Assembly (NCBI GenBank): GCA_035466595.1
Contig: DATIUV010000072.1
Coordinates: 5,816-69,815 of the forward strand
DNA length: 64,000 nucleotides
Direction of reading: 5' to 3'
Origin: Pelomicrobium sp.
Lineage (GTDB): Bacteria > Pseudomonadota > Gammaproteobacteria > Burkholderiales > UBA6910
Shown here in pieces: positions 58,446 through 64,000 of the stretch (position 1 is the stretch's first letter; every line of letters starts with the position of its first letter). The position numbers were made by a program, and so were the translations under genes. The notes under the pieces are model-generated. The model searched no databases. It worked only from the letters and a program-made list of their open reading frames with translations, and had not been told where the DNA came from.

Positions 58446-58802
58446 TTAGAACTTCAGTCCGCCTTCGCGGGCCGCATCCGCCAGGGCCTTGATCCGCCCG
58501 TGGTAGCGGAAGCCGCCGCGGTCGAACGCCACCTGCTCGATGCCGGCGCCTTTCGCTTTTTCGGCGATGCGCTTGCCGACCGCCGCCGCCGCGGCCACGG
58601 ACCCGCCTTTGGGCTGCGCCTTGCGCAGCTCCGGCTCCAGCGTCGAAGCGCTCGCGACCACCCGGCCGCCGTCGGCCGCGATCAGTTGCGCGTAAATGTG
58701 GCTGTTGCTGCGGAACACCGACAGCCGCGCCACCCTGAGTTACGCAATTTTCGCCCGCGTCCTGCGGGCCCGGCGCAGCCGCGCCACCTTTTTGTTGACC
58801 AT
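58446..58802 (-). CDS. rplR: 50S ribosomal protein L18, reading frame interrupted by an in-frame TAA (58740..58742, codon 21)
   Basis: Translation from the ATG at 58800-58802 gives [38 protein letters not shown].... The stop sits where L18 homologues have Glu (AKIAEL). The track ORF restarts at the GTG at 58733. Confidence 0.85.
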
Positions 58803-58814
58803 TGATCGCCCCGC

Positions 58815-59351
58815 TTACTTCTTCTTGGTCTCTTTCAAGACCACTCGCTCATCGGCGTAGCGAATGCCCTTGCCCTTGTACGGCTCCGGCTTCCGGTAGG
58901 CGCGGATCTCCGCCGCCACCTGGCCCACCTGCTGCTTGTCGATGCCCTTGATCACGATCTCCGTCTGCGACGGCGTTTCCACCTTGATGCCCTTGGGCAT
59001 CTTGTGGCTGACCGGATGCGAGAAGCCCACGGTAAGGTTGAGCGCATCGCCGGCGGCCTGGGCCCGGTAGCCGACGCCGACCAGCGAAAGCTTTTTCTCG
59101 AAGCCCTTGGAAACGCCAGTGACCATGTTCGCGAGCAGCGCGCGCGTGGTTCCGGACATGGCACGGGCCTGCTGACTCTCGTTGGCCGCAGTGACCTGGA
59201 TGCGGTCTTCCTGCTGCTCCAGCTTCACGAGGCCGGCAGGCAGACGGCTCGACAGCGAGCCGAGCGGCCCCTTCACGCTGACCGCCTCCAGCGACAGCGT
59301 GACCTCGACGCCCTTGGGCAGCACGACTGGGTATTTGGCTATGCGCGACAT
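58815..59351 (-). CDS. rplF: 50S ribosomal protein L6
   Basis: Begins [17 protein letters not shown]. Confidence 0.97.
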   Translation of the reverse strand: MSRIAKYPVVLPKGVEVTLSLEAVSVKGPLGSLSSRLPAGLVKLEQQEDRIQVTAANESQQARAMSGTTRALLANMVTGVSKGFEKKLSLVGVGYRAQAAGDALNLTVGFSHPVSHKMPKGIKVETPSQTEIVIKGIDKQQVGQVAAEIRAYRKPEPYKGKGIRYADERVVLKETKKK

Positions 59352-59361
59352 GGATCCGGCC

Positions 59362-59757
59362 TCACGCGACGATGCACAGGACTTCGCCGCCGACTCCGGC
59401 CGCGCGCGCCTGGTAATCGGCCATCACGCCCCGGGAGGTCGACACGATCGCGATGCCCAGTCCGTTCATGACTTTCGGCAGATCGTTGCGGCCCCGGTAG
59501 ACGCGCAGTCCCGGCCGGCTGACACGCTCGATGGTCTCGATGACCGGCCGGCCGGCGTAGTACTTCAACGCCAGTTCCAGCGCCGGCTTGCCGTCCAGCT
59601 CGCGTGCGACAAAATCCTCAATGTAGCCCTCGTCCTTGAGCACCTTGGCGATGGCGACCTTGAGTCTCGACGACGGCATGACCACGCTGGTTTTCTCCGA
59701 CGCCTGGGCGTTACGGATGCGGGTCAGCATGTCGGCGATTGGATCACTCATGCTCAT
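59362..59757 (-). CDS. rpsH: 30S ribosomal protein S8
   Basis: Begins [17 protein letters not shown]. Confidence 0.97.
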   Translation of the reverse strand: MSMSDPIADMLTRIRNAQASEKTSVVMPSSRLKVAIAKVLKDEGYIEDFVARELDGKPALELALKYYAGRPVIETIERVSRPGLRVYRGRNDLPKVMNGLGIAIVSTSRGVMADYQARAAGVGGEVLCIVA

Positions 59758-59829
59758 ACGTTTTTCTCCTGCAGCCTGCCTGCGCCCCGGGAAGCGTCCC
59801 GCGGGCGACCGTAGCGTAGCAACTCGTCC

Positions 59830-60135
59830 CTACCAGCTGGCCTTCACCACGCCGGGAATTTCGCCGCGCATGGCGATCTCGCGCAGCTTGTTGCGGGCCA
59901 GTCCGAACTTGCGGAACGTGCCGCGCGGCCGCCCGGTGATGGCGCAGCGGTTGCGCAGCCGCACCGGCGAGGCGTTGCGCGGCAGCTTCTGCAGCCGCAT
60001 ACGCGCCTGGTGGCGCTCTTCCTCGCTGGCCTGAAAGTTGTCGATGATGGCCAGGAGCTCGGCGCGCTTGGCCGCGAACCTGGCGACCGTCGCCCGTCGC
60101 TTCTTTTCCCGATTGATGACCGACTTCTTCGCCAT
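59830..60135 (-). CDS. rpsN: 30S ribosomal protein S14 (long, non-zinc type)
   Basis: 101 aa ending in [11 protein letters not shown]. Confidence 0.97.
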   Translation of the reverse strand: MAKKSVINREKKRRATVARFAAKRAELLAIIDNFQASEEERHQARMRLQKLPRNASPVRLRNRCAITGRPRGTFRKFGLARNKLREIAMRGEIPGVVKASW

Positions 60136-60142
60136 GCCGTAC

Positions 60143-60682
60143 TCAGCTCCGGAAGGGAAACTTGAACGCCGCCAGTAGCGCCCGCGCCTCTTTGTCGCTC
60201 TTGGCGGTGGTGGTGATCGTGATGTTCATGCCCCGCAACGCATCGATCTTGTCGTACTCGATCTCGGGGAAGATGATCTGTTCCTTGACGCCCATGCTGA
60301 AGTTGCCGCGGCCGTCGAATCCGCGCGCCGAGATGCCGCGAAAATCGCGCACCCGCGGAATCGCGATCGTGATCAGCCGGTCGAGAAACTCGAACATGCG
60401 CTGCCGGCGCAGGGTGACCATGCAGCCGACCGGAAAGCCCTCGCGGACCTTGAAGCCGGCGATCGACTTGCGCGCCTTGGTGACCACCGGCTTCTGCCCG
60501 GCGATCTTCTGCATATCGCCGGCCGCGTTGTCCAGCACCTTCTTGTCGGCTATCGCCTCGCCCACGCCCATGTTGAGCGTGATCTTCTGGAGGCGCGGCA
60601 CCTCCATGTTCGTCTTGTAGCCGAACTGCTTGACGAGTTCGGGTACGACGGTTTCGCGGTAGTAGTCGTGCAACCGTGCCAT
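60143..60682 (-). CDS. rplE: 50S ribosomal protein L5
   Basis: Begins [16 protein letters not shown]. Confidence 0.97.
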   Translation of the reverse strand: MARLHDYYRETVVPELVKQFGYKTNMEVPRLQKITLNMGVGEAIADKKVLDNAAGDMQKIAGQKPVVTKARKSIAGFKVREGFPVGCMVTLRRQRMFEFLDRLITIAIPRVRDFRGISARGFDGRGNFSMGVKEQIIFPEIEYDKIDALRGMNITITTTAKSDKEARALLAAFKFPFRS

Positions 60683-60691
60683 GGCCAGCCC

Positions 60692-61009
60692 TTAAACGTC
60701 CATCACTTCGCCGTTGGACTTGAAATAGCGCACCTTGCGCTGGTCCTCCAGCACCTTGATGCCCACGCGATCGCCCTTCTGCGTCGCCGGGTTGAAGATG
60801 GCGACGTTGGAAACGTGCAGCGGCATCTCCTTCTCGACGATGCCGCCGGTGGTGCCCTTGAGCGGATTCGGCCGCTGGTGCTTCTTCACCTTGTTGGCGC
60901 CCTCGACCACCAGGCGCTCGTCGTCGACCACGCGCAGCACGGTGCCACGCCGGCCCTTGTCGCGTCCGGCGATCACGATCACCTCGTCACCCTTGCGGAT
61001 CTTGCGCAT
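60692..61009 (-). CDS. rplX: 50S ribosomal protein L24
   Basis: Begins [19 protein letters not shown]. Confidence 0.97.
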   Translation of the reverse strand: MRKIRKGDEVIVIAGRDKGRRGTVLRVVDDERLVVEGANKVKKHQRPNPLKGTTGGIVEKEMPLHVSNVAIFNPATQKGDRVGIKVLEDQRKVRYFKSNGEVMDV

Positions 61010-61019
61010 CAGCTTCTCC

Positions 61020-61388
61020 TTACAGCACTTCCGGCGCCAGCGAAACGATCTTCATGAAGCGCTCGGTCCGCAGCTCGCGGGTAACCGGGCCGAAGATGCG
61101 GGTGCCGATCGGCTCGAGCTTGTTGTTGAGCAGCACGGCCGCATTGCCGTCGAACTTGACCAGCGAGCCGTCCTGCCGGCGCACGCCTTTGGCGGTCCGG
61201 ACGACGACGGCGTGGTAGATCTCGCCTTTCTTCACGCGTCCGCGCGGCGCCGCTTCCTTGACGCTGACCTTGATGACGTCGCCGATGCCGGCATAGCGGC
61301 GCTTCGAGCCGCCCAGCACCTTGATGCACTTGAGCGTGCGGGCACCGGTGTTGTCGGCGACGTCCAACAACGATTGCATCTGAATCAT
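61020..61388 (-). CDS. rplN: 50S ribosomal protein L14
   Basis: Begins [17 protein letters not shown]. Confidence 0.97.
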   Translation of the reverse strand: MIQMQSLLDVADNTGARTLKCIKVLGGSKRRYAGIGDVIKVSVKEAAPRGRVKKGEIYHAVVVRTAKGVRRQDGSLVKFDGNAAVLLNNKLEPIGTRIFGPVTRELRTERFMKIVSLAPEVL

Positions 61389-61505
61389 GTGAAGTCCTTT
61401 TCCAACTTGACCCGCTCGGCGGTAATTCCGCGCGGCCAGCCAGTTTTGGATCCCGTCCGGGCGACGCCGCCTGTAACCTGCGAGGCGGGCGGCGAAAAGC
61501 CAGAA

Positions 61506-61534
61506 ATTTTAATCTAAATCAGCCGCCAAGGCAA
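61506..61534 (-). promoter_or_regulatory. Candidate spc-operon sigma-70 promoter TTGCCT-17-TAAAAT
   Basis: Read on the minus strand in the 149-nt rpsQ-rplN gap, the position of the spc promoter in E. coli. Confidence 0.5.
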
Positions 61535-61537
61535 AGC

Positions 61538-61810
61538 TCAGACCGTCTTGGCCTTCTCCAGCAGCTGGGTGACCCGCCACGCCTTGGTCTTGGAGAGCGG
61601 GCGGCACTCCTCGATCATGACGACGTCCCCCAGGTGCGCCTCGTTGTTCTCGTCGTGCGCATGGTATTTCTTCGACCGCGTGATGACCTTACCCTGCAGC
61701 GGGTGCTTGACCCGCCGCTCGACCAGCACCGTCACGGTCTTGTGCATCTTGTCGCTCACCACCCGGCCCGAGAGGGTGCGGCGGCGCTTCTCAGCGGTTT
61801 CCGTCATCAC
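61538..61810 (-). CDS. rpsQ: 30S ribosomal protein S17
   Basis: Has [21 protein letters not shown]. Confidence 0.97.
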   Translation of the reverse strand: MMTETAEKRRRTLSGRVVSDKMHKTVTVLVERRVKHPLQGKVITRSKKYHAHDENNEAHLGDVVMIEECRPLSKTKAWRVTQLLEKAKTV

Positions 61811-61998
61811 TGTTTCGCCTTCTCGTTCAGCACCGTGCGCACCCGGGCAATGTCCCGGCGCACCTTGCTAAGCTGACTGGTGTTGTTCAACTGCTGCGTC
61901 GCATGCTGCATGCGCAGGCCGAAATGGCCCTTGAGCAGTTCGCCGAGCTCCTTCTCGAGCTCCTCCACCGACTTCGATCGCAGTTCGCTCGCTTTCAT
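61807..61998 (-). CDS. rpmC: 50S ribosomal protein L29
   Basis: Begins [18 protein letters not shown]. Confidence 0.97.
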   Translation of the reverse strand: MKASELRSKSVEELEKELGELLKGHFGLRMQHATQQLNNTSQLSKVRRDIARVRTVLNEKAKQ

Positions 61999-62002
61999 CG
62001 TC

Positions 62003-62416
62003 CTACCCCAGTTGCCGCGCGACGAACGTGGTCAGCAGCGGCAGCTTGGCCGCCGCGAGGCGGAAAGCCTCCCGCGCCACCTGCTCGCTGACGCCGTCCA
62101 TCTCGTAGAGCACCTTGCCGGGACGGATCTCGGCGACGAAGTATTCCGGGTTGCCCTTGCCGTTGCCCATCCGCACCTCGGCGGGCTTCTTCGAGATCGG
62201 CTTGTCCGGAAAGATGCGGATCCAGATGCGTCCGCCGCGCTTGATGTGACGCGTCATCGCGCGCCGCGCCGCTTCGATCTGGCGCGCGGTCAGACGCCCG
62301 CGCGTCGTCGCCTTCAGGCCGAACTCGCCGAAGGAGACCTTGGTGCCGCGCGTGGCCGGGCCGGTATTGCGGCCCTTCTGCATCTTGCGATACTTGGTCC
62401 TAGCTGGTTGCAGCAT
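62003..62416 (-). CDS. rplP: 50S ribosomal protein L16
   Basis: Begins [16 protein letters not shown]. Confidence 0.97.
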   Translation of the reverse strand: MLQPARTKYRKMQKGRNTGPATRGTKVSFGEFGLKATTRGRLTARQIEAARRAMTRHIKRGGRIWIRIFPDKPISKKPAEVRMGNGKGNPEYFVAEIRPGKVLYEMDGVSEQVAREAFRLAAAKLPLLTTFVARQLG

Positions 62417-63116
62417 GTTTCGCTCCTGGCCGGCGGCCGCGTCGAGCGGGCTCGGCCGGTGCCGGCGCCGCCGCCGGCTGCTCGCCCTTGCCCAGCAGCT
62501 CGCCCTTGAACACCCAGACCTTGACGCCGATGACGCCGTAGGTGGTCTTGGCTTCCGAAAAACCGTAATCCACGTCCGCTCGCAACGTGTGCAGGGGAAC
62601 CCGCCCCTCGCGATACCACTCCGTGCGGGCGATCTCGATGCCGTTGAGGCGCCCGGCGCTCATGATCTTGATGCCCTGCGCGCCCAGGCGCATGGCGTTG
62701 GTAATGGCGCGCTTCATGGCGCGGCGGAACATGATCCGCTTCTCCAACTGGGCCGTGATCGAGTCGGCGATCAGCTGCGCATCCACCTCGGGCTTGCGGA
62801 TCTCCTCGATGTTGACGTGCACGGGCACGCCCAGCAGCTTCTGCAGCTCGCCGCGCAGCACCTCGATGTCCTCGCCCTTCTTGCCGATCACGACGCCGGG
62901 CCTGGCGCTGTGAATGGTGATCTTGGCGTTCTTCGCCGGCCGCTCGATCACGACCTTGGCCACCGCCGCATGGGAGAGCTTCTTGCGCAGGAAGTCGCGC
63001 ACCTTGGCGTCCTCGTTCAGCATGCCCGAGAACGTCTTGGAGTTGGCGTACCAGCGCGAAGTCCAGTTGCGGTGCACCGCGAGCCGGAATCCGGTCGGAT
63101 GAATCTTCTGTCCCAT
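62400..63116 (-). CDS. rpsC: 30S ribosomal protein S3 (Ala/Pro/Arg-rich C-terminal tail)
   Basis: Internal ATG at 63114-63116 gives [14 protein letters not shown]. It overlaps the rplP start by 17 nt. Confidence 0.95.
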   Translation of the reverse strand: MGQKIHPTGFRLAVHRNWTSRWYANSKTFSGMLNEDAKVRDFLRKKLSHAAVAKVVIERPAKNAKITIHSARPGVVIGKKGEDIEVLRGELQKLLGVPVHVNIEEIRKPEVDAQLIADSITAQLEKRIMFRRAMKRAITNAMRLGAQGIKIMSAGRLNGIEIARTEWYREGRVPLHTLRADVDYGFSEAKTTYGVIGVKVWVFKGELLGKGEQPAAAPAPAEPARRGRRPGAKHAATS

Positions 63117-63126
63117 ACCTGTTCCC

Positions 63127-63456
63127 CTAGTCCCCGACCGTGATGAAGATGTGGCAGGTCGGCTTCGTGATCTTGGCGCCGCGGCCCTTGGCGCGTGCAT
63201 GGAAGCGCCGCAACGACGGCCCCTGCTCGACGAAGATTCGCTTCACCTTGAGCTCGTCCACGTCGGCGCCTTCGTTGTGCTCGGCGTTGGCGATCGCCGA
63301 CTCCAGCACCTTCTTCATGATGCCAGCTGCCTTTTTCGGGCTGAAGGCGAGGACGTTCAGCGCCCGCTCCACCGGCAGGCCGCGGATCTGGTCGGCCACC
63401 AGGCGGCCCTTCTGGGCCGAGAGCCGAACGCCGCGCAGATTTGCCGTCGTTTGCAT
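63127..63456 (-). CDS. rplV: 50S ribosomal protein L22
   Basis: Begins [22 protein letters not shown]. Confidence 0.97.
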   Translation of the reverse strand: MQTTANLRGVRLSAQKGRLVADQIRGLPVERALNVLAFSPKKAAGIMKKVLESAIANAEHNEGADVDELKVKRIFVEQGPSLRRFHARAKGRGAKITKPTCHIFITVGD

Positions 63457-63465
63457 GTCGACTCC

Positions 63466-63750
63466 TTACTTCTTGGCCACGGTGGCCTTCTTGTCGGCCG
63501 CGTGACCCTTGAATGTGCGGGTGAGCGCGAACTCGCCCAGCTTGTGACCCACCATGTTTTCCGTCACGAACACCGGAATGTGCTGCTTGCCGTTGTGGAC
63601 GGCGATGGTAAGGCCGACGAAGTCCGGCAGCACCGTCGAGCGGCGTGACCAGGTCTTGATCGGGCGCTTGTCGCTGGTCGAGCGCGCCGTGTCCACCTTT
63701 TTCATCAGGTGGTGGTCGACGAACGGACCCTTCTTTACTGATCGTGCCAT
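63466..63750 (-). CDS. rpsS: 30S ribosomal protein S19
   Basis: Begins [15 protein letters not shown]. Confidence 0.97.
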   Translation of the reverse strand: MARSVKKGPFVDHHLMKKVDTARSTSDKRPIKTWSRRSTVLPDFVGLTIAVHNGKQHIPVFVTENMVGHKLGEFALTRTFKGHAADKKATVAKK

Positions 63751-63762
63751 GGCAAAACCTCG

Positions 63763-64000
63763 TCAGCTCTTCCGGTTGCGGCGACGCACGATCATGCTCG
63801 TCGTGCGCTTGTTGCGCCGCGTCTTGAATCCCTTGGTGGACACCCCCCACGGGCTCACCGGATGGCGCCCGCCGGACGTACGGCCCTCGCCACCGCCGTG
63901 CGGGTGGTCGATCGGGTTCATCGCCACCCCGCGCACCGTCGGCCGCACGCCGCGCCAGCGTTTCGCGCCCGCCTTGCCGATCGACTCGAGCGAGTGCTCC
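63763..64000 (-). CDS. rplB: 50S ribosomal protein L2, 3' part only (runs off the right edge)
   Basis: Has [28 protein letters not shown] and the C-terminal [15 protein letters not shown]. Confidence 0.95.
   Translation of the reverse strand, partial: EHSLESIGKAGAKRWRGVRPTVRGVAMNPIDHPHGGGEGRTSGGRHPVSPWGVSTKGFKTRRNKRTTSMIVRRRNRKS

Overview
This is a high-GC (roughly two-thirds G+C by eye) proteobacterial chromosomal segment. Almost every long reverse-frame ORF in the track is a GC artefact. About 80 genes can be supported.

Gene content, left to right:
- 1-5.9 kb: the tail of an Mrp-type antiporter (mrpE, mrpF) behind a CaCA exchanger. Next comes a yybP-ykoY (Mn2+) riboswitch in front of TerB-like and TerC genes, then an AEC transporter and a 2-hydroxyacid dehydrogenase.
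- 5.9-14.6 kb: an accessory oxidative catabolic island. It holds a PanB-like enzyme, a GntR regulator, a membrane di-iron hydroxylase, a TRAP transporter, a PhyH dioxygenase, an FAD oxidoreductase and a small Cys-rich protein. A 17-bp operator-like palindrome occurs three times and ties these together.
- 14.7-19.4 kb: a second TRAP transporter operon with an amidase.
- 19.6-27.3 kb: a CPA2 antiporter, then a lutA-lutB-(aldehyde DH)-(2-hydroxyacid DH)-lutC operon with a divergent IclR regulator.
- 27.4-32.5 kb: a solitary EgtD-like methyltransferase, PbpG, an Atm1-like ABC exporter and an MBL hydrolase.
- 32.6-37.6 kb: three tandem SoxAX-type cytochrome modules. Two are soxX-soxA-small lipoprotein paralog sets and one is a fused triheme SoxX-SoxA. 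No soxYZ or soxB is in the window. A strong sigma-54 promoter plus a leader terminator sit in an AT-rich gap.
- 37.8-52.5 kb: housekeeping genes (nadA, nudB, aspS, ssb, uvrA, glycerate kinase and others).
- 52.6-64.0 kb: the alpha, spc and S10 ribosomal protein operons (rplQ through partial rplB, with secY-infA-rpmJ).

rplR carries an in-frame TAA at codon 21. I saw no rRNA, tRNA, CRISPR array, transposase or integrase.

The most interesting candidates are the orphan triple SoxAX cluster with its sigma-54 promoter and leader terminator, and the operator-linked oxidative TRAP island.
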